A stretch of DNA of 64,000 nucleotides from an uncultured Calditrichaceae bacterium (GTDB taxonomy: Bacteria > Calditrichota > Calditrichia > RBG-13-44-9), in NCBI GenBank assembly GCA_964495805.1, contig CAZBWV010000088.1, positions 28,886 to 92,885 of the forward strand. Reading direction: 5' to 3'. A program made the translations under genes and the position numbers. Within the stretch, counting starts at the first letter, position 1. Every line of letters starts with the position of its first letter. Positions 19,384-27,432 of the stretch are shown piece by piece. Below the pieces are notes generated by a model. That model did not search any database and was not told the origin of the DNA. It worked only from the letters and a program-made list of their open reading frames with translations.

Positions 19384-19872
19384 TTATTTTTGGTATTTCT
19401 TGAGAATTCGTTTGGTTTCCCGGTCGGTTAAACGGCCGTAAGTGGTGTCGTCTATCATCATCACCGGGGCCAGACTACAACACCCCAGGCAGGCCACCGA
19501 TTCCAGGGTAAACATGCCATCCGGTGTGGTATCCCCATCGGAGATGCCCAGAAATTCCTCGCACGCTTCGGTGATGCGTTCCGCACCGCTTACATGGCAG
19601 GCCGTTCCGTGACACACTTTGATGATATGCTTACCTACCGGTTTCAGACGAAATTGAGAATAAAATGTGGCAACCCCATAAATCTGACTCACATCGGTTC
19701 GGGTGGCCTCGGCTATGCGTACAATGGCTTCTTTAGGCAGATAACCATAAATTTTCTGCGTTTCCTGCAAAAGCTGAATAATCGTACCCGGTTTTTTGGC
19801 CAATTTTTTAAGAATACGATTCAGGGGTTTCAAATCGATGGATTCGGCGGTTTGTGCCAGACTTTCTGCCAT
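19384..19872 (-). CDS. NuoE-like thioredoxin-fold 2Fe-2S protein (HndA/StnA-type)
   Basis: CHGTACHVSG ... CLGCCSLAPV motifs of the 24-kDa subunit family. It starts 12 nt upstream of the nuoF-like gene. Confidence 0.85.
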   Translation of the reverse strand: MAESLAQTAESIDLKPLNRILKKLAKKPGTIIQLLQETQKIYGYLPKEAIVRIAEATRTDVSQIYGVATFYSQFRLKPVGKHIIKVCHGTACHVSGAERITEACEEFLGISDGDTTPDGMFTLESVACLGCCSLAPVMMIDDTTYGRLTDRETKRILKKYQK

Positions 19873-19976
19873 GGATATGCCTCGATAATTTTAATTCGGA
19901 ATATTTGTTTTTACTGAAAATAGAACTCCTGCTAAATAGCTGTTTCACACTGCCTGGTTCAGAATATGTGTAAAAT

Positions 19977-19992
19977 TGCACAATTCACAGAT
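19977..19992. promoter_or_regulatory. candidate CRP/FNR-family site TGTGT-N6-GCACA upstream of the nuoE-like operon
   Basis: Imperfect palindrome TGTGTaaaattGCACA about 105 bp upstream of the nuoE start, in a 420-bp AT-rich leader. Confidence 0.25.
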
Positions 19993-20295
19993 GGAAAATA
20001 AAAAAGAAAAAGCAAATGTTTCAATAGAAAAAATATTTTTACCATTCGGGAGCAAAAATGGCCTGTTGTTCAAACGATATTAAAATATTTTTTCATTTTC
20101 TTATGATATTACACCATACTTACTGTGTTGTGAATGATGTTACTTTTACAAATCAATCTCAATAACAATTAATCCCGGGAATAGAATTCGACAAACCATG
20201 CATTCGCTCCGGCAAAGCCATTTCTATTCTCTGAGTCGGATTTTACGCAGGGGAGGAGAATTCAGTGAAGTGCCAGGATTTCACTCCGATTACCA

Positions 20296-21207
20296 TTAAT
20301 ACAGCTTCCGCCGCTTAATCAGATACCGCAGCAGGGCTCGATCGAATGGTTCATCTATGAAAATTTGCTGAAAGTCGATGCGAAACTTCAGGCACTCCCT
20401 TTGAAGCAACCCGTAGAATGCTTCCACTGCCTGGCGATATCGCTGCTGTAAAAAATAGGGTTGCGTTTTTATCCGTTCTCCGGTTTCCATATCCACAAAC
20501 ACCGCATCATCGGTAAAATTGAAATAACGGTCGTTGGGGTCCAGGATGTTAAACACCAGGATTTCGTGCTTGTAGTGCCGGAAGTGCTTTAGTCCCTGCA
20601 AGATTCGCTCCGGATCTTCAAACAAAAAATCGGTAAGCAGGACGATCAACCCGCGCCGTTTAATTTTTTCCGCCAGTTCGTGCAGGGTATCACTTACCAC
20701 GGTGCGCCGCTGTACCGGCTGAAGTCGGGCAAGTTCCTGTAAAATAAAATGGAGATATGCCTGCGACGATTTGGGTGGTAAAAATTTTTCGATCTTATCG
20801 GAAAAGGTCACCAATCCTACCGCATCCCGCTGTTTGACGAACAGATAACTAAACGCAGCAGCCAGATAGGTGGCATACTGCAGTTTGGTCATCTTGCCGC
20901 TGCCGTAGCCCATGGAGCCAGACACATCCATTAACAGGTAAGCGCGTAAATTGGTTTCCTCTTCGTACTGCTTGATGTAGTAGCGATTGGTACGGCCATA
21001 CACCTTCCAGTCGATATCCCGGATGTTGTCGCCGGGATTGTAGGGGCGATGCTCACTGAATTCCACGCTGAAACCGTGATAGGGACTTTTGTGCAATCCT
21101 ACCAGAAACCCTTCCACAATAAAGCGGGCAATCAGCTCCAGATTTTTCAGACTGGCTACCGCTTCCGGCAAAATGGCGGCAGCCGCAGATTTTTTTTCTT
21201 CTGGCAT
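20296..21207 (-). CDS. DUF58-family protein (vWA-like, MoxR-associated family), orphan copy
   Basis: DUF58 core YHGFSVEFSEHRPYNPGDNIRDIDWKVYGRTNRYYIKQYEEE. There is no MoxR gene adjacent. Confidence 0.7.
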   Translation of the reverse strand: MPEEKKSAAAAILPEAVASLKNLELIARFIVEGFLVGLHKSPYHGFSVEFSEHRPYNPGDNIRDIDWKVYGRTNRYYIKQYEEETNLRAYLLMDVSGSMGYGSGKMTKLQYATYLAAAFSYLFVKQRDAVGLVTFSDKIEKFLPPKSSQAYLHFILQELARLQPVQRRTVVSDTLHELAEKIKRRGLIVLLTDFLFEDPERILQGLKHFRHYKHEILVFNILDPNDRYFNFTDDAVFVDMETGERIKTQPYFLQQRYRQAVEAFYGLLQRECLKFRIDFQQIFIDEPFDRALLRYLIKRRKLY

Positions 21208-21367
21208 CGTGCCGTATTTCTCCTAAATTCTCCCACAAGAAATAATCTTTTTTTTGTGGAATCAAGACTTTATTTTTAAATTCCTGTTCTTGATTCCGGA
21301 TACCCTGTAACTTCTGGTTTCGGGAAAACATCACACATGCAGCGATTTTAACAAAGGAGAGAACTAT

Positions 21368-22327
21368 ATGGCAGAGACGAAGCACTACAAGGTGATTATC
21401 ATCGGTTCCGGCCCGGCCGGTTTAACGGCAGCCATTTACACCGCACGCGCCAATTTAAATCCCCTGGTTGTGGAAGGAACCCAGCCGGGTGGTCAGCTCA
21501 CCATTACCACCGAAGTGGAAAACTTCCCCGGCTTCCCTGAAGGCATTCAGGGTCCGGAGCTGATGGATAAAATGCACGAACAGGCAGAGAAGTTCGGTAC
21601 GGAATTCTATTACGGTACAGTCACTAAAGCGGATTTAAGCAAACGACCATTTGAACTGGAGGTGGAAGAGGTCAATTTTACCTGCGACACCTTAATTATT
21701 GCCTCCGGTGCGACCGCCCGGTTGCTGGGACTGGAATCGGAAAAGCGTTTGATGGGACACGGCGTGTCCGCCTGTGCCACCTGCGATGGTTTCTTCTTTA
21801 CCGGTAAAGAAGTGGTCGTGGTGGGCGGTGGCGATTCCGCCATGGAAGAAGCAACCTTCCTGACCAAATTTGCCTCCAGAGTAACCATCATCCATCGACG
21901 CGACAAATTGCGTGCTTCCAAAATCATGCAACAACGCGCATTCGATAATCCCAAAATCGATTTTCTGTGGAACAAGGTGGTGATCGACATTCTGGGAGAT
22001 GAGGAAACCGGTGTGACCGGGGTGCGCCTGAAAGACACCATTACCGGCGAAGAGAGCGAATTCAAATGCGACGGAGTGTTCCTGGCTATCGGCCATGTAC
22101 CCAATACACAAATTTTCCGGGGACAACTGGAAATGGATGACAAGGGTTACCTGATAACCAAACCGAAAAGTATGGCTACCAGTGTACCGGGAGTGTTTGC
22201 TGCCGGGGACGTGCAGGACCCCATTTACCGCCAGGCGATTTCCGCCGCAGGAAGCGGCTGTATGGCTGCCCTGGATGCCCAGCATTATCTGGAAGAACAG
22301 GAATATCGGGAGAAAGAAGGAAAGTAA
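21368..22327 (+). CDS. trxB: thioredoxin-disulfide reductase
   Basis: FAD fold [14 protein letters not shown], redox-active [14 protein letters not shown] fold [12 protein letters not shown]. Confidence 0.9.
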   Translation: MAETKHYKVIIIGSGPAGLTAAIYTARANLNPLVVEGTQPGGQLTITTEVENFPGFPEGIQGPELMDKMHEQAEKFGTEFYYGTVTKADLSKRPFELEVEEVNFTCDTLIIASGATARLLGLESEKRLMGHGVSACATCDGFFFTGKEVVVVGGGDSAMEEATFLTKFASRVTIIHRRDKLRASKIMQQRAFDNPKIDFLWNKVVIDILGDEETGVTGVRLKDTITGEESEFKCDGVFLAIGHVPNTQIFRGQLEMDDKGYLITKPKSMATSVPGVFAAGDVQDPIYRQAISAAGSGCMAALDAQHYLEEQEYREKEGK

Positions 22328-22352
22328 CGTACAACTGGTTGACGACGTTCAC

Positions 22353-22386
22353 GGCGTATCGATCTCTCAACGATACGCCGTTTTTT
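22353..22386 (+). terminator. rho-independent terminator after trxB
   Basis: GGCGTATCGatctctcaaCGATACGCC followed by TTTTTT. Confidence 0.65.
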
Positions 22387-22481
22387 GATTACTCTCCACT
22401 CCATCGCACGGGGTTGAGCAAACAACCAATTCACAAGATTTGTTCGGACCGCTTACCGCCTACTTTTTTATCTTTATGATC

Positions 22482-22715
22482 TTAAGCATCTTTTTTCTTT
22501 AGCATTTCCAGAATCTCCCCATGTTCCGGGAAGCGGAAAGCTTGCTTTTTGGAGAAGATTAGACGTCCATCTGCCCGAACATCGAAAACTCCGCCCCGGG
22601 AGGCGATGAGTTCCGGCTTGATGCCGGTTGCCCGTTCAATTGCTTCTGCCAGCCTGGCAGCTTGCGGATAGTAGTTTCACTCCGTGCAATATTCAATACT
22701 GACCTTTTTTACCAT
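22482..22715 (-). CDS. SelW/Rdx-family selenoprotein with an in-frame UGA (Sec) in a CxxU motif; absent from the ORF track
   Basis: Minus-strand translation is MVKKVSIEYCTE-U-NYYPQAARLAEAIERATGIKPELIASRGGVFDVRADGRLIFSKKQAFRFPEHGEILEMLKKKDA. The TGA is at 22679..22677. It matches the Rdx consensus IEYC..U ... GG.FEV..DG.LI.SK...G.FP. Confidence 0.75.
22646..22660 (-). other. candidate bacterial SECIS hairpin inside the selenoprotein mRNA
   Basis: CUGCC-AGGCU-GGCAG hairpin beginning 18 nt 3' of the UGA, which is the spacing expected for a bacterial SECIS. It is not validated. Confidence 0.3.
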
Positions 22716-22783
22716 TTCACCACTCCCCTTTTTGAATCATCCCATTGATATCACATCATTTTCGAATTGTCGCCTGTAGCACG

Positions 22784-23716
22784 TTAAACAATGATATTCA
22801 CACCGGTATGATAGTGCAAATAATCCCGGAAAACAACTGTAAAATTGTGCAGAAGTCCGTGGCGACTATTGATGATGTACACGTGGTGGTTCAAATGGAA
22901 AATCTGGTCTTTCACCCGCTCAATGGGCATGGTGTGCAGCGATTCAATACCTTTAAGCCGAATCAGCTCCTCTTCGAACATCAGCACAATTTTGTCTTTT
23001 ACTCGCAGATGGGTATCGTCCAAAAACACAGCCAGATCGGGAAGCAGAGCCCTCACCCGCTGGAAAAAGGCAGCCACCTCCGGATTGTGAATTCCCTTTG
23101 GCGGGGCAGTTTTGGTTTCCACAAAAAGTAACTTCCCCTGCCAGAGGGCAAGCACATCGTAATCTCCACCCGCATCGCCACCCTGCAGGGAAACACTACT
23201 GATTGCCGACATCCCCAATTCACGCTGCAAAAGCAACGCCACATAATGCTCCAGAACATCGCCGATGCGGGGTGTGCCCTGCTGACGGAGCCGAACCCCC
23301 TGCTCCACTTTTTCCACCACACCAATTTCCGCAAGGGTGGTTAACATTTCCCGAATGCTCCCCTCCGAAGCATAATGGCATAACTCTTCCGTACGTTTCG
23401 GAGTGGTCGGTTCCTGCAACAAATCGTGCAGCAACAGCCGAAAAGAATATTTCTGCAGAAGTCGATAGAAAACTTGCCGGTGTTGCGAATCGGTCAGTCC
23501 AAACAACCGAAACAGTTGCTCCGGGGATTCGTATTTTACCGGAGTCAACCCGCGTGGCTGTAGCGCTTCCTTCCAGAATGTTGCCAGTTCCGGTTCACTC
23601 ATTTCATCTCCCCGATTTTTTGCCCACCATCCCGAAATCATCTGCCATCTCACCATCCGATCAATATCTTTTGAATGAATGGCAATCTGCGGGGTATGAT
23701 TCACCGTAGATTTCAA
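22784..23716 (-). CDS. hypothetical protein with a winged-helix region plus a PD-(D/E)xK nuclease-like motif
   Basis: GSIREMLTTLAEIGVVEKV looks like a wHTH. GDYDVLALWQGKLLFVETK has D ... E-x-K spacing typical of restriction-endonuclease-fold proteins. Confidence 0.4.
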   Translation of the reverse strand: MKSTVNHTPQIAIHSKDIDRMVRWQMISGWWAKNRGDEMSEPELATFWKEALQPRGLTPVKYESPEQLFRLFGLTDSQHRQVFYRLLQKYSFRLLLHDLLQEPTTPKRTEELCHYASEGSIREMLTTLAEIGVVEKVEQGVRLRQQGTPRIGDVLEHYVALLLQRELGMSAISSVSLQGGDAGGDYDVLALWQGKLLFVETKTAPPKGIHNPEVAAFFQRVRALLPDLAVFLDDTHLRVKDKIVLMFEEELIRLKGIESLHTMPIERVKDQIFHLNHHVYIINSRHGLLHNFTVVFRDYLHYHTGVNIIV

Positions 23717-23934
23717 GGGATGAGTTGGAAACCGAATAAATGACCACTATATTCCATCGCACCTGCAGTTAAAGAAAGGAGGCAGACCATTCCTGCACAG
23801 ATAGATCTTTCCGAAAATGATTTTTCCGCGCTGAGCATCGCTGCCAGTATTTTACCCTTTTCGAACCTGCGGAGACGATGCACCCATCAAAAAATAAATG
23901 TTCTGTACCATAAAATCAACCAAGGAGGTTCAAC

Positions 23935-24915
23935 ATGGATCAGCAGGCACCATTTGATCTGAACCAGTTTCGTCCCCCACAGGTGAACAAACATTTGATT
24001 AAATGGGGACTTCTGGGGCTGATTGTGCTGGTGATACTCTATTCTTCGTTTTTCACGGTGGGTCCGGAGGAAGTGGGCGTCATTTTGCGCCTGGGAAAAT
24101 ACACCCGCACGGTTAATCCGGGATTAAATTTTAAACTTCCCCTGGGAATTGAGCAGGTGTACAAAGTACCGGTGGAACGGCAGCTAAAGGAGGAATTTGG
24201 CTTTCGCACTGCCCAGGCGGGCGTACGAACCCGCTACGAAGAACGTCCCTACAAGGAAGAGTCGCTGATGCTCACCGGCGATTTAAATGCGGCGGAAGTA
24301 GAATGGATTGTGCAGTTTCGCATCAAAGACCCGTACAAATTTCTTTTCCGCGTGCGCAATGCCATCAAAACGTTTCGGGATATTAACGAAGCGGTGATGC
24401 GCGAAGTGGTAGGCGACCGCACAGTGAACGAAGTGCTTACGGTAGGACGCCAGGAAATTTCCACCACTGTCATGGAAAAAGTACAGAAGCTGTGCGACCA
24501 GTACGAAACCGGACTAAAGGTGGAACAGGTGGTTCTGCAGGACGTAACGCCACCGGACCCGGTAAAACCGGCCTTCAATGAAGTAAACGAAGCCCAGCAG
24601 GAGAAAGAGAAGCTGATTAACCAGGCCTGGTCGGAGTACAACAAGGTGATTCCCAAAGCCAAAGGGGAGGCAGCCCGCACCATTGAGGCAGCCCGCGGAT
24701 ACGCTCTGGAACGGGTTAACCGGGCCAAAGGCGAGGTGGCACGTTTCAACGCCCTATTCCGGGAATATCGGAAAGCCAAACAGGTAACCAGGGATCGTAT
24801 CTATCTGGAAACCATGCAGAATGTTCTGAAACAGGTGGGACGGACCATCATTACCGACGAAAAAGCCACGGGCATTCTGCCGCTGTTCCAATTTAATCAG
24901 GAGGGCCAGAAATGA
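23935..24915 (+). CDS. hflK: protease modulator HflK (SPFH/band-7)
   Basis: N-terminal TM then SPFH domain (VGPEEVGVILRLGKY...). AAGGAGG SD. The stop overlaps the hflC start (ATGA). Confidence 0.85.
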   Translation: MDQQAPFDLNQFRPPQVNKHLIKWGLLGLIVLVILYSSFFTVGPEEVGVILRLGKYTRTVNPGLNFKLPLGIEQVYKVPVERQLKEEFGFRTAQAGVRTRYEERPYKEESLMLTGDLNAAEVEWIVQFRIKDPYKFLFRVRNAIKTFRDINEAVMREVVGDRTVNEVLTVGRQEISTTVMEKVQKLCDQYETGLKVEQVVLQDVTPPDPVKPAFNEVNEAQQEKEKLINQAWSEYNKVIPKAKGEAARTIEAARGYALERVNRAKGEVARFNALFREYRKAKQVTRDRIYLETMQNVLKQVGRTIITDEKATGILPLFQFNQEGQK

Positions 24916-25862
24916 AAAATACACGCACCATCATCATCGCCATCGTTTTGTTTGTTGTTCTGTTGCTCCTGAATTCCGCCGCTTTTGTGGTTAACGAGCG
25001 GGAACAGGCTATTATTACTCAGTTCGGCAAACCGGTGGGCAACCCCATCACCACACCCGGCATTCATTTTAAGATGCCGTTTGTGCAGCGAGTGCACTTT
25101 TTCGATAAACGATTTTTAGAATGGGATGGCGATCCCAATCAGATTCCCACCCGGGACAAGCGATTCATCTGGGTGGACACCTACGCGCGCTGGCGCATCA
25201 GCGATCCGTTGCTCTTTTTCCAGCGGGTACGGGATGAGCGCGGCGCCCAGAGTCGCCTGGATGACATTCTGGATGGCGAAACGCGTAATGCCATCGCCAG
25301 CCACGACCTGGTGGAGATTATCCGATCCACCAACCGGACACCACAGGTGGCCGAAGACCTGGTGGAAAAATTAGAGGACATCTTCCCCACCATCAGCGTG
25401 GGACGGGAAAAAATTACCCGCGCCATTATCGAAGCGGCTTCGCAGAAAACCCGGGAGCTGGGCATCGAGCTGCTGGATTTGCGCTTCAAACGAATTAATT
25501 ATGTGGAAGATGTGCAGCGGAAAATTTACGAACGCATGATCTCCGAACGAAAACGGATTGCCGAAAAGTTCCGCTCCGAGGGTCAGGGCGAGGCGTCGAA
25601 AATTTTAGGTGATAAAGAACGGGAACTAAAGCGGATTCAGTCCGAAGCTTACAAAACCGCCGAGGAAATCCGCGGAAAAGCCGATGCGGAAGCCACTGCA
25701 ATTTATGCCTCCGCCTACAATCGCAATGCAGAAACCCGGGAATTCTATCGCTTCCTGAAAACGATGGAAACCTACCAGAACACCCTATCGGAAAAAGACT
25801 GGCTGGTGCTTTCCACCCGTAGTGACTTCTACAAATATCTGCAGAAATACATCAATAAATAG
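24912..25862 (+). CDS. hflC: protease modulator HflC (SPFH/band-7)
   Basis: TM then SPFH domain FVVNEREQAIITQFGKPV. Translationally coupled to hflK. Confidence 0.85.
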   Translation: MKNTRTIIIAIVLFVVLLLLNSAAFVVNEREQAIITQFGKPVGNPITTPGIHFKMPFVQRVHFFDKRFLEWDGDPNQIPTRDKRFIWVDTYARWRISDPLLFFQRVRDERGAQSRLDDILDGETRNAIASHDLVEIIRSTNRTPQVAEDLVEKLEDIFPTISVGREKITRAIIEAASQKTRELGIELLDLRFKRINYVEDVQRKIYERMISERKRIAEKFRSEGQGEASKILGDKERELKRIQSEAYKTAEEIRGKADAEATAIYASAYNRNAETREFYRFLKTMETYQNTLSEKDWLVLSTRSDFYKYLQKYINK

Positions 25863-25910
25863 AACGTTGAGTTCTGAGGGAAACGATACGGAATGAACAT
25901 CCCCGGTAAT

Positions 25911-25940
25911 TTTATTGCCGGGGATTGTTTTACAGTACCT
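25911..25940. terminator. hairpin between the convergent hflC and parvulin genes (bidirectional terminator candidate)
   Basis: CCCCGGtaattttattGCCGGGG. Confidence 0.45.
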
Positions 25941-27336
25941 ACCACATGTACCGATTTTTCAGCACCACCGGAATGGGCGGATCGACCATGACGCTTTCCG
26001 GATGAGCAATGTGGCGGAACAATTGATCGCGGCGCACCTGCACAGGGAATTCTTCCTGCACCCGGAACCACACCTCCCGATACCGCTTCCACTCTTCCGG
26101 ATGCCAGGCGCGAAATTCGCCGGACAAACGGCTGGCAAACTGCCTGGCCAGGAAATACTTTTGCTGGCGATGGATGCTTTGTCGCACCTGAGGATCGCCG
26201 TCCAGCCCCTCCTTCCGCGCTGCCTGCACAATTAAATCCTCCCGAATAAAATTGATGATCGCCTGAACCAGTCGGGAGCGAGTGTTCAGGTAGGGGCGCT
26301 GCAGGGGCGGCGTCTGGCGCAACCGCTTGAGCAGTTCCCGCACGGTAACGGTTCGCCGACCAAAACGAACCAGTGGCTCATCCAGCACCTGGTGAACTCC
26401 CCGATGAATTTGCTCAATCTCTGCATCCTTCATGGGGGGCACGATTCCCTGATTGGTGCGGTAGTTCTCCCCCATCACCCGGAGGATACCCTCTTCCACC
26501 ACCTTCAGCACCCGGTTGTTCACTGCAATCCGGCGTTCACCGGCTAACCTTTTCAGATACGCACGGATATTCCGATCGGCACGGCGCTGCTTGATGATGT
26601 CCCGCACCTGTGCCATCACCGCAGCCGGGGGCAGGTACTGTGCAGCGGGATTCGTCACCACACTATCCACCTGCAAAATATGGTAGCCATGGGAGGAGCG
26701 CACCACCGGCGACACTTCGCCGGAATTTAACCGGTAAATTACCTGCTCCAGTTCCGGTTCCAGATCGCCAAATGTGACATATCCCAGATCGGTTGCGTGG
26801 ACGGTATCGTTGTGAACACCGGATAAGCGGGTAAACAGCACATCAAACGAGTGGCGGTGCATCTGCTGCTGAATCCTCCGAATTGCTGATTCATCCGGGG
26901 CAAAAATCTGTCGAACGCGTCGCTTCTCCCGGAAGCGAGTCAGTCCCCGGCGCAACTCCGCCTCCGGGACGGTCAGCGTATCCAGAAAATGGCGTTTGAT
27001 AAAGGCTTTAAAAAGCTCCTGCCGTTCGATAAAATTCAATTTATCCCGCACATCGGGTTGCTGATTCAGTTTGCTTTCCACGGCAGCCAGATACTGAAAA
27101 TTCCGCTGAATCAGATAATTCAATTGACTCTGGTACACCCGAGTTAGCGGTGCACGCACGTGGTATTGCGGTTCCAGAATCAAACTTTCCTGAAGTTCCT
27201 TCGCAGAGATGGTCTCCTGCCCTACCCGGGCAATCCAGTCCGATTCTTCGGTGTGGTGCTGGCAACCCATAAGTCCAGCAAGCCAGATTCCCCACCCGAG
27301 CACCAGCCAGCCGATATGAATTCCAAAGCACTTCAT
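25939..27336 (-). CDS. parvulin-type peptidyl-prolyl isomerase / periplasmic chaperone (SurA/PpiD-like)
   Basis: N-terminal signal/anchor, a long chaperone-like helical region, and a PpiC rotamase domain (VRSSHGYHILQVDSVV). Confidence 0.7.
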   Translation of the reverse strand: MKCFGIHIGWLVLGWGIWLAGLMGCQHHTEESDWIARVGQETISAKELQESLILEPQYHVRAPLTRVYQSQLNYLIQRNFQYLAAVESKLNQQPDVRDKLNFIERQELFKAFIKRHFLDTLTVPEAELRRGLTRFREKRRVRQIFAPDESAIRRIQQQMHRHSFDVLFTRLSGVHNDTVHATDLGYVTFGDLEPELEQVIYRLNSGEVSPVVRSSHGYHILQVDSVVTNPAAQYLPPAAVMAQVRDIIKQRRADRNIRAYLKRLAGERRIAVNNRVLKVVEEGILRVMGENYRTNQGIVPPMKDAEIEQIHRGVHQVLDEPLVRFGRRTVTVRELLKRLRQTPPLQRPYLNTRSRLVQAIINFIREDLIVQAARKEGLDGDPQVRQSIHRQQKYFLARQFASRLSGEFRAWHPEEWKRYREVWFRVQEEFPVQVRRDQLFRHIAHPESVMVDPPIPVVLKNRYMW

Positions 27337-27351
27337 TTTTTACACCGTTCC

Positions 27352-27387
27352 GGATAAAAATTCCCCGACCGTTGAAACAAGTCGGGG
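27352..27387 (-). terminator. rho-independent terminator after ccmF
   Basis: On the minus strand, CCCCGAC ... GTCGGGG is followed by AATTTTTAT. Confidence 0.5.
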
Positions 27388-27432
27388 AAGATTTCGTGCA
27401 TGATTCAGAGAAAAATGTTGGACATTTTTTTA

